Below, piece after piece: positions 40,815-50,578 of a stretch of 64,000 bases of DNA. The DNA is taken from assembly GCA_963790475.1 (NCBI GenBank), contig CAWBOS010000011.1, forward strand, positions 96,001-160,000, read 5' to 3'. This DNA is from an uncultured delta proteobacterium. Its GTDB lineage: Bacteria; Desulfobacterota; RBG-13-43-22. How positions within the stretch are numbered: the first letter of the stretch is position 1; every line of letters begins with the position of its first letter. Position numbers and translations under genes: made by a program. The notes under the pieces were generated by a model. It was not told where the DNA came from. It saw nothing but the letters and a program-made list of their open reading frames with translations, and ran no database searches.

Positions 40815-41217
40815 TTATGTGTTGGACAGTTTTGCCCTCATAGGCTATCTCGAAAATGAACCATTCGCCCAAGAAATAGAAGACCTTCTCCATCAGGCCG
40901 AGAAGGGAGTTTGCCGTCTCTATTTACATGCCCTTCATCTGGGAGAGGTTTACTATATTACCCTTCGAGAACAGGGTCAAGATGTGGCGGATCTGGCTTA
41001 TGCCCGGATCAAGAGATTTCCAATAAAATTCGTCGAAACTATAAATGAGGAACTTCTCTTGACCGCAGCGGCACTTAAAGCCATCTATCCGATCTCTTAT
41101 GCGGATTCCTTTGCAGCGGCCCTGGCCAAGGTTAACAACGCCTTGCTCCTAACTGGAGACCCCGAATTTCGTACCCTTGAAGAAGATAGAATCCTGGAAA
41201 TCACTTGGCTCACATAA
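40798..41217 (+). CDS. VapC/PIN toxin
   Basis: YVLDSFA, LGEVYY, ISYADSFAAA, LLTGDPEF. Confidence 0.88.
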   Translation: MAKGTNYVLDSFALIGYLENEPFAQEIEDLLHQAEKGVCRLYLHALHLGEVYYITLREQGQDVADLAYARIKRFPIKFVETINEELLLTAAALKAIYPISYADSFAAALAKVNNALLLTGDPEFRTLEEDRILEITWLT

Positions 41218-41648
41218 CTAGGATGTTGCCCCAGGCTGTGCCTGTTTTCATTGCGGTCTCTCTCGACCGCGCTGAAAAATTCAATTCTTCTCCGTGTCCT
41301 CCGCGATCTCGAGCGTAGCGGACGAGAGGCAATAACTGAATGGAGTGGACAACGTCCCGCGATTCATAAAACAGAAATGAGAATCGAACTTCCAATTATT
41401 CCTGTAGAGTTTTGAACCCCATTTTTATCTCAAAAAAAAGCGCCTGTCGGGCCGGCCGATGGGCGCTCTGCTGCATAGGGTGTTCGGAGAGACTATGTCT
41501 TTGCCTTTTTCGTCTTTCTGAAAAGGACCAGACTAAAAAGCCCTGCATAATCAGGGGCCGCGATGTTTGCAACGCCTCCAGTTAAGACAATGCCGATGTC
41601 CCACGTGTCTCAATCGTGGTCCACGTTCTGGCCCGGAGAGTGGTTATC

Positions 41649-41888
41649 CTACTTATCTTTACGTTGCTTCCCTTCCCTCTTGCCGGTCAGCATTAAGACA
41701 CCGCCTACAAGAAGGCCGATCGCGCCTGAGGCCAGACCCGGGTCGATCTCCGGAACGCAGCCACCACCACCATTTCCACCTCCGTTACCTCCGCCGTTGC
41801 CCCCTCCGTTACCTGCTAAGGCCAGCGGTACCACCACCATAAAAAGGATACAGACAACCACTGCCATAATTCTTAAGAAATTTTTCAT
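41649..41888 (-). CDS. Small Gly/Asn-rich VPEID-CTERM protein
   Basis: Signal peptide, (NGGG)x4, C-VPEIDPG, TM helix, basic tail; AAGGAGG RBS. Confidence 0.88.
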   Translation of the reverse strand: MKNFLRIMAVVVCILFMVVVPLALAGNGGGNGGGNGGGNGGGGCVPEIDPGLASGAIGLLVGGVLMLTGKREGKQRKDK

Positions 41889-42162
41889 TCTTCCCTCCTT
41901 TGACGGTTGTTGTTTGTTGATCATGAACTGCTATAACCATGAAAAGAATTTTATTGGCACGGATTTCACGGGTTGCCACGGTTAAAGGGCATTGGGTTTT
42001 CAGGAAATCTAACATCCGATTTCCCGACCACTTCCGTCCGCCCACCGGCTGAGGGATTTTTATTCATCAATCAGAGGCCTGATTGATGGATAATCAATTT
42101 GTCTTACCGTGTCATCCGTGTCCATCCGTGCCAAAAAATATTCAGGTGGTAAAAAAAAGCAA

Positions 42163-43934
42163 TTAACTCCACAAGTTCCAATTTCCCAAAATTAGAACAT
42201 CCGCGGCAATAAGTGCGTTAGTGGTGGCGTGGGCCATGACGGCATCAGCCATCCTCCCGCGCCGGACCATCGCCAAGGCATAGCACATACCGGCTATAGT
42301 TCCGGCCAGCCAGCGCCCATGCAGGGCCCCGAAAAGGACCGAGGAAACGAGAAACGAAAGCCAGGTAAACCTCACTGAAGAGAGTTGATCGAAGTCGGCC
42401 GAGATGAGCCGTCGGAGCAGGTAGCCGCGAAAGGCGAGTTCCTCGGCTATGGGCGTGGTCACTACAGAACCGGCCACACGGAACAATACCCAGGTCATTG
42501 CCAGGCCAACCGGCATCTCCCCCAGTCCTTTGGCCATGGAGGAGCCTGCGCCCGCTCTGCCTGTTACCTTTTCCAACCCTATCCAGATGGCGAAGACCAC
42601 CACGCCGATCGCGATTGCACCCCATGACCAGCTACCCGCCGGATTGCGCCACAAAGACCGTCGCCAGAAGAGCCAGATTACCGCCGCCGTTCCCAGCACA
42701 CGCGCCGGATACAGCCAGTCAAACCCGCTCGAAAAAAGGCCGGTTATCATGCTGAGGGCCAGCAAAGGCCATCAGGGGCGCCAGGTAGGCGATTGTCGGG
42801 TTGCCCTCCTGGCCCTTATCCTCGAAACCGGATTGGCTCGCAGCGAAAAGGGGCAGGCGCTGGGTCAGTGCCACCATACCTAAGGCGATTCCGATAAAGC
42901 CAAGCCAGCCAAGCTGGGAGTGAAAGCCTCCCATCGCAATCTGAGGGGAAACGTAAGTACCGACCAGGACCAGCAGGGCCATCCTTAGCGCGTTGATGAG
43001 CCAGATGGCGAGGGACAGCGCCGGGTAGAAGAAGGTAAGCCTGAGGAAACCTTAGTCTGCGCCAGAAAAGCCATAGGTAGACGCCTGCAAACAAGACCAT
43101 CAGGCCTATGCCCTCATATCCGGCACAGGCGGGGTAGATGCCCACGCTGAACTGCTTCGTGCCAAGCTCGTAATGAGCCGGTTGGCTGACGACGTCCTGC
43201 CCGAAGGCCGTAAGCAGCCAGCGCACCAGCAGGAACGTCGGCCCACGGAGCGGCCTCCAGGCCCTGCCGGCAAAGAACCCCCAGACCACGGATGCCGTTA
43301 CGATGATGAACCCGGCCGAGACGACAGAGACATTGGTGCGGATAAGGCGTATCCAGGCCCGCGCCGGCATTGCGGCCAGCAGCCAGAAAACACCCGTAGC
43401 CAAGCCGGCCGCGGCCCAGGTGAGAAACCAAAACAGGGGAGCAGTCGAAGAGGCCCCTTCACCTTCGAACACCCAAATGGTGAGCCAGAAGAACGTGGCG
43501 AAGCCACCTAAATGGGCCAGGACCATCAACCAGGATGCCAGCCCTGCCTCATGGAAGACCGAAAGCTCGCGCACTCTGCCGTAGGAACGCGCCCAGCCCA
43601 AGATCAAGGCGACCGCTAGAGAAGTAATAAAAATGGAAGGAAAGCCCTTAGTGTAAGTAAGGAGCCCAGTGGAAGGCGCCTCGATCCGGATGGCCAGCCA
43701 GGTCACTTCCCCCAAGGCAATTACTACCAACCCAGCCCATCGCATCAGGGGGGAGGTTATGATTCCACTATTCACAGTCTTCTTCGAGACCTTTGAAAAA
43801 CACCCCTTTTTGCCCAATCTCTGCGTCAGACTCAAATTTTAATCCTCGAAATACTAAATGTATTCCTGTGGTTAAAATTTTCGTCTTCCTTGACCTTGGA
43901 CAAAATTGAACATTTTTCAAAGGTCTCTCTTCAT
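42163..43934 (-). pseudogene. xrtE: Exosortase E/CAAX-protease fusion (VPEID-CTERM system), two frameshifts and a MITE at the start
   Basis: ACAGYEG, INALR, FHSQLGW, PIAEELAFRGYL, HATTN across three ORFs; shifts near 43012 and 42765. Confidence 0.85.
43786..43927. mobile_element. 142-bp MITE (family A) with 5-bp TSD TCTTC
   Basis: 15-bp TIRs; TCTTC at 43781-43785 and 43928-43932. Confidence 0.9.
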
Positions 43935-44132
43935 TGAATAAATGCTGGCAATGAAAAACCAGTCAGGTGCTTCGCGTGCCCTGTGCGAAGCCGGAGGTTG
44001 CCCTTGGGGAATATCGCCCAAGGGCAAATATCCCCATAACCCAGGTAATCAAACAACGGAGGAGGGAGCGGTTTAATAAAATTATTACCGATTTTGTCTT
44101 TGAGTGGAAATCGGGATCTTATGATTCAAGAC

Positions 44133-45047
44133 CTAACCCCGGACATTGTTGTAAACTGTCTTCACCGAAACTCCCAGCCGGTCTGCAATCTCATTTCTTT
44201 TAAATCCTCTGGCTATCAACTGCTCAATTAAGTATTTCCGGGCTTGCCGGCTTTCGGCCTGACCCAGGCGGCTTTTCCGGTTTAGGGTTTCAATCCTTCG
44301 AGATAATTCCTCGCTATCCAATAGGTCGATCCCCTTCGGGTTTCTCAACCGGCCCAGGGTGATTCCATTCCAAACGGTTGGAACCAACCTTTTCAGCTTT
44401 TCCTGCAGTCGGTTGATGGCCCCTTCCACCTCCAGGACTTCGTCTACTTTCAAGCCGGAAGCTTGCTGCAAGAGTAGCTTATAGGTCCGTCGGGCAGTGG
44501 CGTAATTGTCCGAAATCAACCCCAGGATAAACGAGCTGTCGACAAAAGAGTTGGCCGTCATCCTATCACTATACAATCGGTCGGAAGACCAGCGATAGGC
44601 ATCGGGGCTTGCGGCCAGGCCGGCTCGGACAGGGTTCAGATGAATATAAACGGAGGCGGCCAGCAGGTATTTCTCATCCATACAAACCGATTGTCGGTAG
44701 GGGCTCCCAAAAAGATGGCCTTTTCTTTCATATTTTCGGTTAAAGTATCGGGCATATCGGGAGAAGAGATCCCGCATGGCCCCGTAGAGGTTGTCCTGCT
44801 GGGGACTGATCAGTAGATGGACATGGTTGGGCATGAAGCAGAAGGCATAGAGGACGACCTCTGCCTGTTGAACCCAGTCTTTCAGCCAGCCGAGCAGGAA
44901 CAGATAATCCTGATCCTCGACAAACAGCGGTTCCCGACCGGCAGCACGTTGGGTAATGTGGGAGACCAATTGGGCCTGGTTGAGTTTCCGGGTGGACCGG
45001 AAGAAGCGACTCTTCCCACTCCGTTTACTAATATCCTCCAAAGCCAT
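44133..45047 (-). CDS. RAYT/TnpA(REP)-like Y1 HUH endonuclease with C-terminal HTH
   Basis: HITQR...LF, YAFCFMPNHVHLL, RKGHLF, YIHLNPVRAGL, YRWSS; EIADRLGVSVKTVY HTH. Confidence 0.88.
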   Translation of the reverse strand: MALEDISKRSGKSRFFRSTRKLNQAQLVSHITQRAAGREPLFVEDQDYLFLLGWLKDWVQQAEVVLYAFCFMPNHVHLLISPQQDNLYGAMRDLFSRYARYFNRKYERKGHLFGSPYRQSVCMDEKYLLAASVYIHLNPVRAGLAASPDAYRWSSDRLYSDRMTANSFVDSSFILGLISDNYATARRTYKLLLQQASGLKVDEVLEVEGAINRLQEKLKRLVPTVWNGITLGRLRNPKGIDLLDSEELSRRIETLNRKSRLGQAESRQARKYLIEQLIARGFKRNEIADRLGVSVKTVYNNVRG

Positions 45048-45501
45048 ACTGGATACCCCTTTCCTGAATCTAACACCGGGTGTTAATCAGGTGAGATTAA
45101 CTATGGGCGGATCGGCCTTCCGGATTAGGTCCTTGAGAACCTATAGCCAGACTTCCTTTCTTAATTTACCATAAATTGCTTTAAGAAAAAATGGGAAGGA
45201 TCAGGCTTGCCGGAGAGGGATGACGGCCTTTTTACCGATTTTATCTTTGAGTAAAAATCGGTAAAAACCCTAAGGTTCGCTGCCTGAGTTGGAATAAGCC
45301 GCGGATAGAGCGAATTTACCGATTTTGTCTTTGAGTGGAAATCGGTAAAGCAACTTAAAGCCAATGTTCCCTGCTTCTCTTTTTCTTGACGACAGGATGG
45401 AAACTCTGATAGTGGCATCATCTGGCTCTATCGTGAATCCCATTACCGATTTTGTCCTTGAGTGCAATTCGGTAAAGATGATGTCATGGTGAAGATATAA
45501 A

Positions 45502-46322
45502 TCATGAGGGTATTCATTTTTTTGTCTGAACTGCCTTTTTTTGCAAGGATTTCTATGGCCCAAGGTATTTCTGCCATTGCTTATAAAGATAACCAATATA
45601 AATCATCGAGATATATTATTTCCTTTGTTCTTGGCTTAAAAATTGCTTCATAATATATTATAAAATAAGGTCGTTTTCCGATAAGATAGTTATAATAGGT
45701 CGTGAAGCTCAACCGAGGTGCCTAAATGCCAACTTCCACCATGAACAAAATTAGGAATTAAGGGAAGGAAGCTTTGATAGGGCCATCATCAGGCTTCAGC
45801 GCAAATGATTTTGCCGATTTCGTCTTTGAGTGGAAATCGGTAGAACCAATGTTTTCTAATTTTTGGCACGGATTACACGGATGGCCACGGATGGCGGGCA
45901 TAGAGCATAAAGCATAAGGCCAAGAAACCGGCATTGGGGTAATCAGGAAATCGGAGAGCCGATTTCTTGAGGACTGCCGTCCGCCTGGGCGGAAAGAGAA
46001 TGCAAAAGACTAGGGCTTCTCTTTGGCACGGATTGCACGGATGACACGGATGTAATATTTATTCTCCTGCCGATAAAACGCAGGGGAATAAATCATTCTG
46101 CCCACCGGGGGCGGAACAAAAGAAAACAAAAAGACAAAGGTTTTTACCGATTTCGTCCTTGAGTGGAAATCGGTAAAGGGATAAGTGAATCTTGAAGGAC
46201 AACTTAGGTGCTAAAATGTCAATTCCCAATTTAGAAATAGTCAAAAAGCCAGGGCAAGTAATCCCAGTTTTAATCGGCTTGCTCTTTTTGCTTGCCTTCT
46301 CCCCAGCCCTTTATGCCGCAAC
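45502..46322 (+). repeat. 821-bp direct repeat, copy 1
   Basis: Identical by eye to 47642-48462 (offset 2140). Confidence 0.9.
45632..45647 (+). promoter_or_regulatory. Putative sigma-54 promoter (copy 1)
   Basis: TGGCTTAAAAATTGCT, GG-N10-GC; AT-rich IHF-like tract upstream. Confidence 0.55.
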
Positions 46323-46507
46323 TTATTACGTCGATGCAACAAGCGGGCAGGACAACAATGAGGGCCTTTCGGACGCCACCCCCTGGAAAACCATCGCTAA
46401 AGTTAATGCTTCAAGGTTTGCACCGGGAGATCAGATACTCTTCAAACGGGGGAGACTTGGAGGGAAACTTTGATAGTGCCATCATTTGTCTCCGGCGCAA
46501 ATCATTT
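46216..46507 (+). pseudogene. Signal peptide + N-terminus of a secreted right-handed beta-helix-type protein (fragment 1)
   Basis: ATYYVDATSGQDNNEGLSDATPWKTIAKVN...GDQILFKRG then frameshifted ETWRETLIVPS; ends at a palindrome. Confidence 0.75.
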
Positions 46508-46686
46508 TACTGATTTCGTCCTTGAGTGGTAATCAGGAATCTTATAATTCAAGGCCCATTTCCCACAAAGGTGCAAACCTAAAAAATCGGGCCGCCGGTA
46601 ACCAGAATGCGTTTGTTTTGATGCAGGTTCAACTGTCTGCCTCCGGGAATGTGGTTAATTAGGAAGATCGGCTGTCCTGAGCGATT

Positions 46687-47013
46687 TTAGGCGGGATCTG
46701 GCTCTACTGCAGCAATCCCGGAAAGAATGACCGGCTTCCGGTCGGGGAATTCGGCGACGAGGGACAGGTTGCCTCCCATGGCCTCAACGCTCTTTCTCAT
46801 GGTCGAAAGCAGAAGGTCACTTCGCTTTTCGAGACGGGATACGCCGTCCTGGCTGATGCCGAGGGCTTTTGCCAGGTGTACCTGAGTGATCTTACGCGCT
46901 CGTCGAAGTTCCTGAAGGGTCATCTCCTCCCCAATGAGAGCAGTGGCGCGGGCCTCGATCTTCTTCCGACGCCTGGCGCTGAGGCTTTTCATCTTCTGGT
47001 TTATGGTCTTCAT
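46687..47013 (-). CDS. XRE-HTH antitoxin (HigA-like)
   Basis: TLQELRRARKITQ..LAKALGISQDGVSRLEKRSDLLLST. Confidence 0.88.
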   Translation of the reverse strand: MKTINQKMKSLSARRRKKIEARATALIGEEMTLQELRRARKITQVHLAKALGISQDGVSRLEKRSDLLLSTMRKSVEAMGGNLSLVAEFPDRKPVILSGIAAVEPDPA

Positions 47014-47378
47014 GGTTTATGCTTCCTTTCCTTAAAACGGGCCAGGTGGCTGTCAAATCGTTTGTCGGCTTTTGCGATGAGATTTCTGTAGAATCTTTTT
47101 TCGCTGACCCCTGATTTATCCCCGGCGACAAGCAGAATAGCTTGCCTTCTCGGATCGAACGCGAAGGCAACCCGCCATACCCCATCAGCGGCGGCGAAAC
47201 GCAGTTCCTTCATGTTCGCATGGCGGGAATCGTTTAGGGTATCGCCGCGGGGGCGGCCCAGCTGAGGCCCAAAATGTCCGAGTAATTTGGCATGAGCCAG
47301 CAATTCATCCTGCACTTCTTCCGGCAAGGCATCAAACTCCGGTTCAAAATCCTCATGAAACAGAATTCTCCAATTCAT
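47010..47378 (-). CDS. RelE/HigB-family toxin
   Basis: GPQLGRP..DTL..SRHANMKELR...WRVAFAFDP.R.AILLVAGDK. Confidence 0.88.
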   Translation of the reverse strand: MNWRILFHEDFEPEFDALPEEVQDELLAHAKLLGHFGPQLGRPRGDTLNDSRHANMKELRFAAADGVWRVAFAFDPRRQAILLVAGDKSGVSEKRFYRNLIAKADKRFDSHLARFKERKHKP

Positions 47379-47641
47379 GGTAATATTATGTCTCTTAATA
47401 CATATGTTGTCAAGTACATATTCGGGACTCCCCTAAACCCGAAATCCGATTGATTTCCAATGTTATCCGCTCCGGCCGCCGTTTGCCCTCCCTGGAACCA
47501 GCAATCTTCTGATTGAACGGTCCATCTTTCAGAACAAATTCCAACGCTTATGAATGGTGCCTATCAATCCAAGACTACTATGGTGTCACCGGAATTACTA
47601 GTAATTTTACCGGTTTCGTCCTTGAGTGAAAATCAGTAGAT

Positions 47642-48462
47642 TCATGAGGGTATTCATTTTTTTGTCTGAACTGCCTTTTTTTGCAAGGATTTCTATGGCC
47701 CAAGGTATTTCTGCCATTGCTTATAAAGATAACCAATATAAATCATCGAGATATATTATTTCCTTTGTTCTTGGCTTAAAAATTGCTTCATAATATATTA
47801 TAAAATAAGGTCGTTTTCCGATAAGATAGTTATAATAGGTCGTGAAGCTCAACCGAGGTGCCTAAATGCCAACTTCCACCATGAACAAAATTAGGAATTA
47901 AGGGAAGGAAGCTTTGATAGGGCCATCATCAGGCTTCAGCGCAAATGATTTTGCCGATTTCGTCTTTGAGTGGAAATCGGTAGAACCAATGTTTTCTAAT
48001 TTTTGGCACGGATTACACGGATGGCCACGGATGGCGGGCATAGAGCATAAAGCATAAGGCCAAGAAACCGGCATTGGGGTAATCAGGAAATCGGAGAGCC
48101 GATTTCTTGAGGACTGCCGTCCGCCTGGGCGGAAAGAGAATGCAAAAGACTAGGGCTTCTCTTTGGCACGGATTGCACGGATGACACGGATGTAATATTT
48201 ATTCTCCTGCCGATAAAACGCAGGGGAATAAATCATTCTGCCCACCGGGGGCGGAACAAAAGAAAACAAAAAGACAAAGGTTTTTACCGATTTCGTCCTT
48301 GAGTGGAAATCGGTAAAGGGATAAGTGAATCTTGAAGGACAACTTAGGTGCTAAAATGTCAATTCCCAATTTAGAAATAGTCAAAAAGCCAGGGCAAGTA
48401 ATCCCAGTTTTAATCGGCTTGCTCTTTTTGCTTGCCTTCTCCCCAGCCCTTTATGCCGCAAC
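47642..48462 (+). repeat. 821-bp direct repeat, copy 2 (includes sigma-54 motif at 47772-47787)
   Basis: Matches 45502-46322. Confidence 0.9.
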
Positions 48463-48648
48463 CTACTACGTCTCTGCCATAAATGGGCAAGATACCAATG
48501 ATGGCCTGTCGCAGACTACCCCCTGGAAAACCATCGCCAAAGTGAATGGGTCAACTTTCCAGCCGAGTGATCAGATTCTGTTCAAGGGGTGGTAGATTTG
48601 AAGGAAAATTTCGGTAGAGCCGTCATCCCGCTCCAGGGCAAATGATTT
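48356..48648 (+). pseudogene. Signal peptide + beta-helix-type N-terminus (fragment 2)
   Basis: ATYYVSAINGQDTNDGLSQTTPWKTIAKVN...DQILFK then stop; ends at a palindrome. Confidence 0.75.
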
Positions 48649-48832
48649 TACCGATTTTGTCCTTGAGTGGAAATCGGTAAAGCAACTTGGTGAAGATATA
48701 AATCATGAGGGTATTCATTTTTTTGTCTGAACTGCCTTTTTTTGCAGGGATTTCCACGACCCAAAGTCTTTCTGCCCTTGGTTATAAAGATAACCAATAT
48801 AAATCATTTAGATATATTATTTCCTTGGGCCT

Positions 48833-48847
48833 TGGCATCAAATTTGC
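48833..48847 (+). promoter_or_regulatory. Putative sigma-54 promoter (diverged copy 3) upstream of the glycoside hydrolase
   Basis: TGGCATCAAATTTGC, GG-N10-GC conserved despite flank divergence. Confidence 0.6.
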
Positions 48848-49316
48848 GTAATAATTAGTAAAATTAGTTTTCCCCCCGATGAGATAGTTATAATTAGGTC
48901 GTGAAGCTCCACTTGGGATGGAGGAGAGTTGGAGGGAAACTTTGATTTTGCTACACTCTGCCTCCAACACAAATAAACTTACCGATTTCGTCCTTGAGTG
49001 AAAATCGGTAAAGGTACCTAAAGGCTAATTTCCCCCATGAAAAAAATTAGAAATTCTGGTCAAGTAATCATAGTTTTAATTGGCTTACTCTTTTTTCTTG
49101 CCTTCTTTGCCGTCGAACCATTACCTTGGGCCGCAACTAATACCGCGCAAAACATACTCACACGTTCAACTGATGATATTGTTCCCCCAACTTTCTTTGG
49201 GATGCACATTCATAATGCTACTACAAACACGCCTTGGCCCGCTATTCCATTCGGCATGTTGCGGTTGTGGGATGCAGATGTCATCTGGGCCACTCTGGAA
49301 TCGAATAAGGGGGAAT

Positions 49317-50578
49317 TGATCTGGTCAAGTAAAAATAGACACCTGGTTAAGCAATTTTTTCCAAAGCAAGGTTCATTTCAAAATCATTCGGAGCCATATA
49401 GCCCAGGGAGGAATGAAGTCGGTAGCTGTTGTAATACATCTCGATGTAATCAACAACCTCCTGACGGGCTTCTTCCCGGGTGGGATATGCTTGGTCCTCC
49501 CATTGGTCATATTTTAGGGTATGGAAGAAACTTTCTACTACGGCGTTATCATAGCAGTTCCCTTTGTCGCTCATACTGGGGATCATGCCGAAGGTTTTTA
49601 ACTGCTGTTGGTAATCAGAGGCAGCATATTGGCTACCCCGATCGGAATGATGGATTAACCCCTTGGCCGGTTTTCGACGCCAATAAGCCATACGGAGGGC
49701 CTCCAGGACCAAGGAAGTCTTGAGATGGCTGTCCAAGGCCCAACCGACCACCTTGCGCGAATACAGGTCGATAATGACGGCCAGATACAGCCATCCTTCC
49801 CGGGTCCAGAGATAGGTGATGTCCCCACACCAGATAGAATCCGGTTGATCTACCTGAAACTGCTGGTTCAACCGATTGGGAGCCACAGGCAACTGATGAT
49901 GACTATCGGTCGTTTTCTTAAATTTCTTAGGCCATTTGACCGAAAGACCCGCTTTCTTCATCAGACTCCTGGCTCGAAAGCGGCCAATGTTGTATCCCTC
50001 ATCCCGGAGGCCTTTCGACATCCGGCGGGATCCATAGGTCCTTCTGGATCTTTGATGAATATGGCGGACCAGAGATAACAATTTAAAATCCTTATCAACT
50101 TGCTTATGGCTTTTTTTCAAATACTTATAATATCCGCTCCGGCTAACTTCCATAACCCGGCACAAAACGGTTATGGGATAGGCCTTCTGTTGCTGCCGGA
50201 CAAAGTCGTATCTTACCTCGACTCTTTGGCAAAGAAGGCCGTGGCCTTTTTTAAGATGTCACGCTCCATCCTAAGCCTTTGGTTTTCTTTGCGGAGTCTC
50301 TGTAGTTCTTCTTTTTCCGGGGTCAAACGGCCCTTGCCGGGAAAGGCGTTTCCCCCCTCCAAGGCCATTTCTTTTTTCCAACGATTCAATACACCGGGGT
50401 GGATGCCTAAATTCCGGGCAGCCTCGCTGGTCTTGTACCCCTGTTCGGTTACCAAGCGCACCGCATCCATTTTAAACTCGGGGGTATACTTCTTTTTCTC
50501 TTTGGTCATGGGTCACCTCCAAAAGCTCTTTTATTTTATCACGCTTTTCTTGGTGTCCACAATTACTATACCAGTTCA
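49317..50578 (-). mobile_element. IS3-family element, 1262 bp, TSD AAT
   Basis: TG...CA ends with imperfect IRs; AAT at 49314-49316 and 50579-50581. Confidence 0.92.
49347..50509 (-). CDS. IS3 transposase OrfA (50213-50509) / OrfB (49347-50165), -1 frameshift fusion
   Basis: WCGDITY, HSDRGSQY, DNAVVESFF; A6G motif near end of orfA. Confidence 0.92.

Larger units (their letters stand above)
44086..49010 (+). repeat. Twelve co-oriented ~31-bp imperfect palindromes TACCGATTT(T/C)GTC(C/T)TTGAGTG(G/A)AAATCGGTA
   Basis: Starts at 44086, 45233, 45317, 45444, 45812, 46145, 46508, 47608, 47952, 48285, 48649, 48980. Confidence 0.92.

Noticed and set aside
45975-45993. GCCGTCCGCCTGGGC resembles the 3' end of a ZMP/ZTP riboswitch (also near 48116)
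   Set aside because: The upstream GACTGGCG/GGTGG..CCACC aptamer core is absent; it is explained as a TCCGCC-TG-GGCGGA mini-hairpin.
44086-49010. CRISPR array interpretation of the 31-bp palindromes
   Set aside because: Spacers are 53-1100 bp, mostly ~300-340 bp and partly duplicated; no cas genes in the window.
49037-49723. 228-aa ORF as an intact gene
   Set aside because: Chimera of the hydrolase 5' end reading into the IS3 antisense strand.
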